This document shows positions 14,881 to 25,072 of a stretch of DNA of 64,000 bases, one piece after another. The position numbers and the translations under genes were made by a program. The first letter of the stretch is position 1. Each line of letters opens with the position of its first letter. Origin of the DNA: Eledone cirrhosa (taxonomy: Eukaryota); the NCBI GenBank assembly GCA_964016885.1, contig OZ024747.1:67394001-67458000 (forward strand), in the 5' to 3' direction. The notes beneath the pieces were generated by a model. It was not told the origin of the DNA. It saw only the letters and a list, made by a program, of their open reading frames with translations, and did not search any database.

Positions 14881-16421
14881 ATCATCATCATCATCAACGT
14901 TTAACGTCCGTGTTCCACGCTTGCATGGGTTTCGACGGGGGTTTTCCCACTTGAGGCAAGAGTGGTTGTCTTGCTCGCATAGGACTGTCTGGCGGGTTTT
15001 CTACAGCTGGATGCCCTTCCTAACACCAACCACATTTACAGTGTGGGGCTGGTAGGTTTTTACCGTGTTGCCTACACGGCCACATTACAGCGTGGACTGT
15101 GTGTTTTTTTTGTCGTGACACCTACACGATCTCATTTGTTTCGGCCTGGATGTTGTGGCACCAACATAACTTTACATTGAAGGGGCGGTGTGGATGGGGG
15201 GGGGGAGTGTATTTTGTTAGAGATGCCTACTGGCTGTAGTAGGTTTTACTTTGTATTTAGGTAAGGCAGGTCTTCTCTATTACTGAGTACCGCCAAAGGT
15301 CTCGGTCCAGTGACATTGTCTTGGAGAGGTGTAAGTGTGTGAGGTCAGAATTTATCAGCTCGTCCCAGGTTTTTCTGGGTCTGCCTACTCCGTAGCTACC
15401 GTCTATCTTTATTGCCCTGCACTTTGTTATACAGCTGTCGTCTTTCATGCGCATCACGTGACCATACCAACGTAGCCTTCTCTCGAGTAAACAACATCTG
15501 ATCCCTCTTATTTCTAATTTTTTCCTTAGTTCGCTTATGCTTTGCCGTTCATGTATGTTACTATTACACATCCAGCGGAGCATGCAAGCTTCGTTCCTCT
15601 CTAGTCTGCGTATATCCTCTGCACACAATGCCCAGGTCTCACTGCCATGTAACATTGCTGTTCATATGCAGGCATCATACAACCTGCCTTTCATTCTTAG
15701 GGAGAACCCTTTAGCGGCTAATAGTGGTATAAGCTCTCTGAACTTTTTCCAACCAGTTCTGACTCTAGCTACTGTACTTTCAGAGCACCCTCCCCCACTG
15801 CTGATTTTGTCGCCCAGGTAACGGAAGCTGTTCACTATTTCTATAGAACCCTCTGCGCAATTGAAAGAGCTAGTATTTTGTGGGCACTTGCTGCTACTTA
15901 TTGCACCAGAGCACCGGCCACATGTAAAATCTATGTTCTTAGTTAGCTTACCTGTGATCCCACTACATCTTTTATGCACCCATACTTTGCATTTGGGACA
16001 TAAAATGGAGTTTCTACCTACGCCTTTCCTACACACTGAGCATGGCCATTTCCCGGAAGGGACCGGCGCCTTATTTTCTTTCCTACAAACTAGAACTTTA
16101 GTCTTAGCCAGGTTAATTTTAAGGCCTTTTGATTCTAGGCCGTGCTTCCATGTTTGGAATTTCTTCTCTAGCTCGGCCATTGATTCAGCTATGAGCGTTA
16201 GATCATCTGCGTATAGGAGTTCCCATGGGCAGCCGGTCTTGAACTCCTCTGTTATAGCCTGAAGGGCAATAATAAATAGTAGGGGGCTAAGAACAGAGCC
16301 CTGATGGACACCAACTTATACGCTAAACTCTTCACTATATTCGTTGTTAATTCTAACCTTGCTGACTGTTTCTTTATACATGGCTTGTATAGCTCTGACG
16401 AGCCATTCGTCAACACCTAGT
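14881..16421 (-). mobile_element. 5'-truncated RTE-clade LINE copy
   Basis: ORFs 15662-16180 and 15257-15655 are nearly identical to the other RTE copies; (ATC)n tail at 14881; in-frame TGA at 15662-15664. Confidence 0.95.
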
Positions 16422-16548
16422 GTATATACATACACACACACAAACTTGTGTGTGTGTGTGCCTTGGTACAGAAAGAATTTTGTCTTCAGATTTTTATTGC
16501 CAGGTCAAAGGCCACAGCTCTTTTCAACAACGCCAAATAACAACGTTC

Positions 16549-16579
<31 letters not shown>

Positions 16580-16715
16580 CTATATGCAAAAGTTCTATTT
16601 AAATTGTTGGGATACAACAAGCAAATATTTTTATAACTGATATAAAGCACTCGACAAGTATTTGGAGTAAATATACGATATTAACAAATGGAAACTATAT
16701 TTATAAAACCATATT

Positions 16716-16780
16716 TATTTCATTATACATATTTCAAGGATACCATGTTAAATTATGGTATGCCTTCATCAGACAAAATA
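16716..16780 (-). ncRNA. type I hammerhead ribozyme (mirror copy)
   Basis: Reverse complement of 16886-16950. Confidence 0.75.
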
Positions 16781-16885
16781 CAATATATACCAGTTTTATA
16801 AATAACTATCCTGATGTCTTCCAAAAGTAACGGTTGCATTTTGAAAGGGTACGTCAATGTTTATTTATAAAACTGGTATATATTG

Positions 16886-16950
16886 TATTTTGTCTGATGA
16901 AGGCATACCATAATTTAACATGGTATCCTTGAAATATGTATAATGAAATA
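16886..16950 (+). ncRNA. type I hammerhead ribozyme
   Basis: tattttgt-CTGATGA-aggcatacca/tggtatcctt stem II-GAAA-tatgta-TA|atgaaata; 8-bp stem I with two GU pairs. Confidence 0.75.
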
Positions 16951-17199
16951 AATATGGTTTTATAAATATAGTTTCCATTTGTTAATATCGTATATATATA
17001 TATATATATATAAATGAAGAGAGAAAGAGGGAGGGACAGAGAGAGTAAGAAATGTGTCTATGTGTTTGGTACACGTCTATCTATCTATCTCGCTATCTAT
17101 TTATCTCCAATAGGGGGCTCACACATGCGGCCCGCGAACTACTTATCTGTGGCCCGTGGTAGAACCAATATTTCATATCGCATTATAACTGGTGAAAAT

Positions 17200-17420
17200 A
17201 AGGCGGTGAGCTGGTGGAATCGTTAGCACATCTGGCGAAATGCTTAACGGTACTTCTTCCGTTCTGAGTTCAAATTCCGCCGATCTCAACTTTGCCTTAC
17301 ATCCTTTTGGGTCGATGAATTAAGTACCAGTTGTGTACTAGGATCGATGCAATCGACTGAACCCTAAACCCCAAATTCCATACCTTGTTCCTATAGTAGA
17401 AATGATTATAACTGGTGAAA
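17200..17420 (+). mobile_element. tRNA-derived SINE
   Basis: aaggcggtgagctgg..gaatcgttagc head, B-box-like gagttcaaattccgcc, and the family body tgcctt.catcctttt..gtcgat..taagtaccag. Confidence 0.7.
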
Positions 17421-17870
17421 ATGTTTCACCCACCACCATGTTTGGCCCACTGTGCCTCTCCTCCAGGACGTTATAGCCCTTTTGTGTCCTTGAGTTTGAG
17501 AGCCCTCTTCTACACACACACACACATATATTTTACTTTTTTTCTGTCTCTGGACTACGCCCATGCTGGAGTATCACCTTGGTAAGTTATGGGGGACGTC
17601 AACAAACCAACAAGCATTGGTGGGAGGGAAAACACAAACGCAAAGACACACACAGACATATATACATATAAACGACGGGCTTCTTTTAGTTTTGATCTAT
17701 CAAATCCACTCACAGGGCTTTGGTCGGCTCAGGCAGTGGGACTGAACCCGGAAATATTTGGTTGGGAAACAAGCTTCTTGTCACACACACACATATATAT
17801 ATATGTATATATGTGTGTGTGTGTGTCTGTATGTGTGTGTATAATATATATATTATATACACACATATAT

Positions 17871-17902
<32 letters not shown>

Positions 17903-17905
<3 letters not shown>

Positions 17906-18144
17906 ATATAAGATCAAAAGATGGTTAAAGGAGTTCCATGTATTTTATTATGCGCATTTCAAAAACAAACATCATCATGCAATAATATTTGTGCACTATC
18001 CACAAGTGTTTTTTAGCCTTCATATCATGTTCTCCTGTTTTATCTGATGAAAACACAAATATTATTGCATGATGATGTTTGTTTTTGAAATGCGCATAAT
18101 AAAATACATGGAACTCCTTTAACCATCTTTTGATCTTATATTAT
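17903..18144. repeat. 91-bp-arm inverted repeat with 60-bp spacer
   Basis: 17903-17993 is the reverse complement of 18054-18144. Confidence 0.95.
18036..18106 (+). ncRNA. type I hammerhead ribozyme with palindromic stem III (ATGCGCAT)
   Basis: tgttttat-CTGATGA(18044)-long stem II-GAAA(18087)-tgcgca-TA|ataaaata. Confidence 0.8.
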
Positions 18145-18372
18145 GTATACTCCAGTCCTACAAACTGTAGAGTGCTTCTTTTCATATATATATATATATA
18201 TATATAACCTTACACACTTAAATATAAATGCATGTATATATATACAAATGTATAAATGCATAGCTATATACATACGTAAATGTATGTATGTAGATTTATA
18301 TATATATATATATATGTATGTAGATTTATATGTATATATATACATATATGTATATATATATATATATATATA

Positions 18373-18508
18373 TAGGAACCAGTAAGACCCCGACGGCTGA
18401 GCTCAAGCCGTTTCGACGGCTAATTCTGGACTAAAATCTGATTTTAGTCCAGAATTAGCCGTCGAAACGGCTTGAGCTCAGCAGTCGGGGGGGTCTTACT
18501 GGTTCCTA
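18373..18508. repeat. near-perfect palindrome, ~66-bp arms, 1-nt centre
   Basis: taggaaccagtaagacccc...ctaaaatc T gattttag...ggggtcttactggttccta. Confidence 0.9.
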
Positions 18509-18731
18509 TTACCCACTCTACTACCCCAAGTATTGAGTACTTTGGTGCGTTATAGTCCACCTGGTTCCTTACCACATTTCCTTCGTTATATATATATATA
18601 TATATATAAAGACAAACATAGAATATTCGAAAATATTCTGTATGTTTATAATAAACATTTGAAGACCTAATCGCTATAGAATAGAATACGTCACGTATTA
18701 CAATTTGAGATTCTCGATAAAAGCAAGGGAA

Positions 18732-18774
18732 GTAACCTACGCGTTTCATTCTCATTAGAAATCATCAGGATTAC
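18732..18774 (-). ncRNA. minimal type I hammerhead ribozyme
   Basis: Reverse complement of 19119-19161. Confidence 0.75.
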
Positions 18775-19042
18775 ATATCCAATGCTTTTATCGAGAACGA
18801 CACAGCTAGAGACTTATAGAATACTTAGCTGTGTACAGGAACTGGTTTGAAAGAGCGGTTGCCGGTCCGGCAGAAATTAGAATTTGGATTTAATGCTCTG
18901 AAATAGCGATATATATGTGAAGACAAACATAGAATATTCGAAAATATTCTGTATGTTTATAATAAACATTTGAAGACCTAATCGCTATAGAATAGAATAC
19001 GTCACGTATTACAATTTGAGATTCTCGATAAAAGCAAGGGAA

Positions 19043-19085
19043 GTAACCTACGCGTTTCATTCTCATTAGAAATCATCAGGATTAC
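19043..19085 (-). ncRNA. minimal type I hammerhead ribozyme
   Basis: Copy 311 bp from 18732. Confidence 0.75.
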
Positions 19086-19118
19086 ATATCCAATGTAATC
19101 GATAAAAGCATTGGATAT

Positions 19119-19161
19119 GTAATCCTGATGATTTCTAATGAGAATGAAACGCGTAGGTTAC
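19119..19161 (+). ncRNA. minimal type I hammerhead ribozyme
   Basis: gtaatc-CTGATGA-tttct aatg agaat-GAAA-cgcg-TA|ggttac; palindromic ACGCGT stem III; GUA cleavage triplet. Confidence 0.75.
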
Positions 19162-19429
19162 TTCCCTTGCTTTTATCGAGAATCTCAAATTGTAATACGT
19201 GACGTATTCTATTCTATAGCGATTAGGTCTTCAAATGTTTATTATAAACATACAGAATATTTTCGAATATTCTATGTTTGTCTTCACATATATATCGCTA
19301 TTTCAGAGCATTAAATCCAAATTCTAATTTCTGCCGGACCGGCAACCGCTCTTTCAAACCAGTTCCTGTACACAGCTAAGTATTCTATAAGTCTCTAGCT
19401 GTGTCGTTCTCGATAAAAGCATTGGATAT

Positions 19430-19472
19430 GTAATCCTGATGATTTCTAATGAGAATGAAACGCGTAGGTTAC
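19430..19472 (+). ncRNA. minimal type I hammerhead ribozyme
   Basis: Copy 311 bp from 19119; stem I extended by ttctcgataaaagca/tgcttttatcgagaa. Confidence 0.75.
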
Positions 19473-19732
19473 TTCCCTTGCTTTTATCGAGAATCTCAAA
19501 TTGTAATACGTGACGTATTCTATTCTATAGCGATTAGGTCTTCAAATGTTTATTATAAACATACAGAATATTTTCGAATATTCTATGTTTGTCTTCACAT
19601 ATATATCGCTATTTCAGAGCATTAAATCCAAATATATATATATATATTTATATGTATGTATGTATATTTATATATATATATATAAGTCCAACCCTTGCAA
19701 GCAGGGAAACGTGGACGTAAAATGAAATGAAA

Positions 19733-19766
<34 letters not shown>

Positions 19767-21589
19767 CCACATACATACATACATATATACATACATTTAC
19801 GTATGTATATAGCTATGCATTTATACATTTGTATATATACATGCATTTATATTTAAGTGTGTAAGGATGTTGATATGATCTGTCTTCTTTTTTTTTGGTA
19901 AGGAGAACATTTTTGTCGGCAGATTTTATTACCTAGGGAGTTTAAATACCACACTTCTGGCTGAAAGCTGACCAGGTACTCAACTTCATCAAACACTAAC
20001 GCCGGCCTGTGTGTGTATGTATATGTATATATGTGTATGTATGTATGTGTGTGTATGTTCACCACCATTGCTTCTTCTTGTCATTTCTGTTGAAGTAGTC
20101 CTTACTTTCATTCTCTTGGATTTTTTTTGATTTTCTTTTATCTCCCTAGGGAATTCGTTGACAAGCTTCTTTAATTTATTTTCTTTGTTTTCTTCATTCA
20201 AATCACGGACTGTCTAAGAGACGTACAAATATGATTTATAAAACTTACCAAACTAAAAGGGCTTCTAGCGCCCTCAAAGTTTCAAACACCCCTTACTGCA
20301 TAACGCCCCCAATGGGACTACGAATCGCCCCCCGCCCCACCTCACCCGGGGAGGGGGGCATATGCCCCCCGTTGAGAACCTTTAATCTACATCATGGAAA
20401 ATGTATTCCTGCAAAATTTCACAAGAAAATATACATTATTTAAAAGTTACAAGGAAACGAATTCGGTGATGGTGAGACACTAAACTGTAGTTGTGAACAA
20501 CTGAAGGGAGAAGTTTCATCTTTCTTAACTCTACTGTTATTGTTTAGCCCCAGGCTATACATATTCAAAGATGTTCCAGTCATGACTGAACTGTCCTCTT
20601 TTCTCCATCGTGTATAAAGGATCATATACCCACAGTGTGTTTATTTGTGTGTATGTGTGTTTATTTTTGTGTGTGCGTGTATGTGTTTTTTTAAGACACC
20701 AAAGTATAGTTTAAAGAAGATTTGGCTGGTATTTCTCGCAGGGTTAGCGACTGAATAGAGAGAGGGTTACTCGTGGTCTTTGGCGATGTGGTATACTTGT
20801 AGAGAAAGTAAAAGACATAAAAAAAGACAGGCTGAAAGTGGGAGAGACAGACACTGAGACAGAAAGATAACATGAGAGGGTGACAGAAAGTGTGGAAGCA
20901 AAAGAGAGAGAGAGACTGAGACAGAGTGGTGAGAGCGAAAAAAGTGAGAGAGGGAGAAGGAGAGCGAATCAAGGTAGACAACACCTTCAATATTTTTTAT
21001 TGTGTTACCTCCCTTAGCAAAACACAGAATAGATACGTGACATATATGGGCAGTTACTGTTTAATACCAGGGCAACGATCATCAAGCAGACTTAGAATCA
21101 AAGACGTTCATACGATGACAATCCTATCTTTTGGAAAGCATAGAATATTTAAGCGTACTGGAATATTTAGTTATCTTCTGAGTTTAAATTCCCCCTGGAT
21201 CGACCTTGTGTTTCATTAGTTCGAGTCAATAATAGAATAAAACGTAAAACAAAAAAACAAACATTTATTGATAGTAAATATAATATAATCACCCCTTCCC
21301 TCTCTTTGCGACACCAGAGCTCTTGCCATCCCCTCCCTCTCCGTTCTTTTTCTTCTTTCTTTCTCTCTTTTTTTTCTATATTTCCCTATTCTTTCCTTTT
21401 GTTTCCCTTTTTTTTTCTTACTAAATTTTATTTTACAGGATTATACAATTAAAAGATAATATTTAAATGAAACATAAAAAGGAAAGGGACAGAAGAAAAA
21501 GGAAAAAGAGAATTAAGTTACAAAGGAAAGGAGAGGGGAGGGAAGGACAGACTCTACACCAAAGTCTGAGTGGTGATTCAGCTGTACCG

Positions 21590-21873
21590 TGCAGACAGAA
21601 TCGCAAAAGAGAATGGCCATCGACACTCACTGCAATAGCTACTCTGCCTCACAGGACTCCTTCCTTGGGCAGGCTGCTGTTTTTCCAATTTTGCGGAGGT
21701 AATCAGCATTGCAAGAACCAAGGACACCAGAGATCTCAGTGGCGACCTGTACAAAAAGAAAGTGATCAGTCAAGCCCCAGTATTTGTGTATCCTTCTCTC
21801 TTCTGCATTTTGGGCAGCAGTACATGTGTTTGTAGTTGAGACGACAAGGCTAGAGGCAGAGAACAAATCACAA
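21590..21873 (-). mobile_element. CRE-clade non-LTR retrotransposon fragment (distal restriction-like endonuclease domain)
   Basis: CDLFSASSL...AAQNAEERRIHKY..L.DHFLFVQVATEISGVLG...LRKIG resembles the CRE C-terminus (AA..AE..K..KY...F.P.A.ET.G..G). Confidence 0.7.
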
Positions 21874-23599
21874 TCAAAGCTGCCAAAACTTTGTTCTCAA
21901 TAGTACCAAAAACTTTATTTATAAAGTACCAAATCTAATTGTCCCTTTCCATACACCTCCCACATCTTAACATTCCATCCTTCATCCACGTCCTATCACT
22001 CCATCCTTCATATCCTAACATGCCACCTTTCACCAGCTAAGTGCCTCACCTTAGATCTACCTTTCCAATACCCACCCTACATACACACACTCACCTATCC
22101 CAGCCCCCAGTCTACACTGTAAACTGGTTGTGTTGGTGTCATGACAAAAAGCGTCCAGCTCACACTGTAAAGTGGTTGTTTTGGTACCACAGTAAAAAGC
22201 ACCCAGTCCACGCTGTAAATGTGGTTGGCATTAGGAAGAGTATCCAGTCATAGAAACCAAGCCAGAAACCGTTCTGTATGAATCATCTGATCTGACTTGT
22301 CTCGCAATCGGACAACTCGTCTAACCCATGCTAGCATGGGAAAATGGACATTAAACAGTGATGATGATGAAACCCCACAAATGTTAAAAAAAGAAAATGT
22401 TTTACATTTATTTTATATATTTTAATTAAAAAGAAATGTCTTCTTCCACACTTTTCTTGCTGCACCAGTTTCTTTCTTGCCATTTGAGACAAAGTTACAG
22501 TTGTGAATGTTACTTATTGCAATCAACATTTTACAGCAGAGACTGTGACCTTAGCAGGGCATTAAATGTTGATATTTTTAAAGCATTGCAATTGTTTTGT
22601 TGTTGTTTTTTCTTGTTTGTTTTCTTCTTTTTAGTGTGTTATTGGGAGGGGAAAAACCTCTTTCTGCATCTGTTGAACAATGTAGCAATGAAAGAAGTTG
22701 CATCATGAACTTAGATAGTAAAGGGTAGTGATATATATCACCACATTTTTTTTGAGAAACAAGAAACCAGTATTTCTCAAGCTCATTTTGTGCATTAAGA
22801 GATGCATCTTGCAGTCAATTTCCTCCATTCTCTATTTATTTGTTGATATTGATCTTCATACACAAGGCTTGTAAATTTCATTACCAATGGTATGATCAGT
22901 TTTGGTTTACCTTCAATAACATTGGTCAAGTTGATTGTTGGTAGAAATATCAACTGTTTCATCTACAATAAGGAAAAACTTTGCTGGCCTGGCTGAGAAA
23001 AAGAGAGAGTGGAAAAGAGAGAGAGGGGGGACCCAAAAGGGTCAGTGTGTAAGACTATTACATCTTAGCTGGTCAGTATGAACTCTGCAACTGCTTTCAT
23101 TGACTGTGGGATCAGGCCATTTATCAGTGTTCCATTTTTTGTCTCCAGGACACGAGAATAAGCAGATGGCCGTTTGATATGCCTGGACATGGTGGCAACT
23201 TGAAGCCAATTCACAATGGAAACTTATCTATGAGGCCCTTAAAGGTCAACTTCATGGTAGCTGCTTGATAGTGTGAAAGAAACTCTATTGATGAGAATAT
23301 CAAATTACTACTACAGAGGCACACAAGACTGTGTTGGTCCAAGGAGGACTCAAAAGACCTGAAGGAAGACCTGCATTTGATGTCGTCCCAGTTGCTTGTT
23401 AAATATAATACAATTACATATATGAAAATGAATGGTACCTGATTTATCTTTGTATGTAAATTCTTTATTAGTGAAAGAAAAGGAGATATCACATGCATGG
23501 ACATCAAATAATCTCTTTTCCACTTATCTGCAAGAATTTGACTTAGTAAAGGAAAATGTTTAAAAGTGATACACTAATGCATTATATATATATATATTT

Positions 23600-23639
<40 letters not shown>

Positions 23640-24793
23640 AGAGAGAGAGAAAAACGAGGAAAGATATTTATTGCATATCAACTTGTTATGTGCGTTTCAT
23701 AGAGGACTGGTGATGCGACAAAAGATATATCTTTTATCACATCACCAATCGTTTTTTTTCTATTATATACATTCTGCCTGTGCATAGAGTGCTTGATTTG
23801 GTACCAACACCAGTATTTCACCATACTACCTACACTATATATATACCAACGAAAACACAACCACAACAATATTACTAAACGGACTACCGTCCATTTAGGA
23901 TATATAGTAATAATAATAATATTTATACTTATATATGTTTAATATACAATTATAAATATGGAGGGTAGTACTAAGTACTAGCCAGTTACAGGTAGGATAA
24001 AAGGCTCAATGTAAATTATCAAGTGTATTACAGAGCCGAGATACAAAGTGTTAAAACAATCAAATCTTAGTTTAATACATTTATTTGCTGACAATTGTTT
24101 CTTCCAGGGGGATGTCTGGAATCATCGGAGCATAGGGAATGTCTAAACAGGTGATTAAAATCCTAGTCTTAAGAACATTTAGGTAGATACATAACTGCTG
24201 TCAGTGTCCTAGACATCATGTAGAGAATCAGGAGTTAAAGAATGTTATGCTTCAGAGAACACAATTACGAGGAGCAATGATGAAAAGTGCAAAAGGTACC
24301 TTTCACCATTGCTCCTCGTTCGAATTAAAAGTTATATCTTTTAATTTGAATTATTATAGCTCTGGACAAACGTCCATTGAACTTTTTTTTATTGAGAAGC
24401 ACAAAAATAAAGAATATATGATATGCTTTGATACCTTAAATTTGTATATGTATTTATGTGTGTATGTGTGCGTGTTATTATACTTGGGTGGGAGAGGGGA
24501 CTCATGCTGCCAATAAAAACACACACGTTTCTATTAGCAGTATGTTCCTCCCAAAGTATAACAATATGTTTCATCACACGTTTTCACATCACATACATAT
24601 ATTTGAGAGTGTTATAGTTTGCGATAGAAGATTATTTTAAAGATGACATGAAAGTGAACAAAATAAAATAACGAAATCATTACAAATGCGAAATGTAATT
24701 TTTTTGTTTTTTGTTTTTTTTTGTTTTTCAAGGAAATCTACTAGCGAAGGAATTTAAGTTGATGGCAGTGAAAGCAAGTGTAAACACAACTGA

Positions 24794-24798
24794 CCAAT
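24794..24798 (+). promoter_or_regulatory. CCAAT box upstream of ATF6
   Basis: tgaCCAATcaga NF-Y-like context ~210 bp upstream of the ATG. Confidence 0.5.
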
Positions 24799-25002
24799 CA
24801 GAGCGGTGCTGAAAGACTTTACTAAACGATGTTTACAAACTGACAAATGAAAAGTCTTATTGAGTGCATGTCAGTCTGAACTAAGCGATACCCGTTTGTT
24901 TTGTTACCAGTCGTAACTAAGCGATAGTGTGTTATGTCGTTACCTTCGTCTCCCCGGAGGAAATTTCATGGAAGATTTCCTTGTTGAAAACACCTTTCCA
25001 GC

Positions 25003-25072
25003 ATGGCTACCACCAACATGAGTCTCTCCGATCAATTCCTGGAGGATAATTTCTTCCATGAAGATGAATTCG
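25003..25072 (+). CDS. ATF6: ATF6 exon 1 (MATTNMSLSDQFLEDNFFHEDEF)
   Basis: ATG, G|gtaagt donor, phase 1 matching exon 2; acidic N-terminus resembles ATF6-family F.DN motif. Confidence 0.75.

Larger units (their letters stand above)
16671..16995. repeat. 135-bp-arm inverted repeat with 55-bp spacer, one hammerhead per arm
   Basis: 16671-16805 is the reverse complement of 16861-16995. Confidence 0.95.
18609..19633. mobile_element. 311-bp tandem hammerhead-bearing repeat in inverted arrangement (non-LTR retrozyme / Penelope-like pLTR)
   Basis: Unit recurs at 18609/18920; 18609-19095 is the reverse complement of 19109-19595; four hammerhead motifs. Confidence 0.8.
14339..20384. mobile_element. 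non-autonomous hAT-like DNA transposon, with nested insertions
   Basis: TIRs aaaggttcacaac / gttgagaaccttt; 8-bp TSD ATCTACAT at 14331-14338 and 20385-20392; subterminal cgcccc repeats at both ends. Confidence 0.75.

Noticed and set aside
17200-17300. tRNA gene suggested by A/B-box-like motifs
   Set aside because: No cloverleaf; continues into a repeated SINE body.
23140-23400. Exon-like stretch after ttttgtctccag
   Set aside because: No recognisable protein and no good donor; possibly a very old LINE remnant.
24794-24812. ERSE autoregulatory element at the ATF6 promoter
   Set aside because: CCAAT-N9 is followed by GCTGA, not CCACG.
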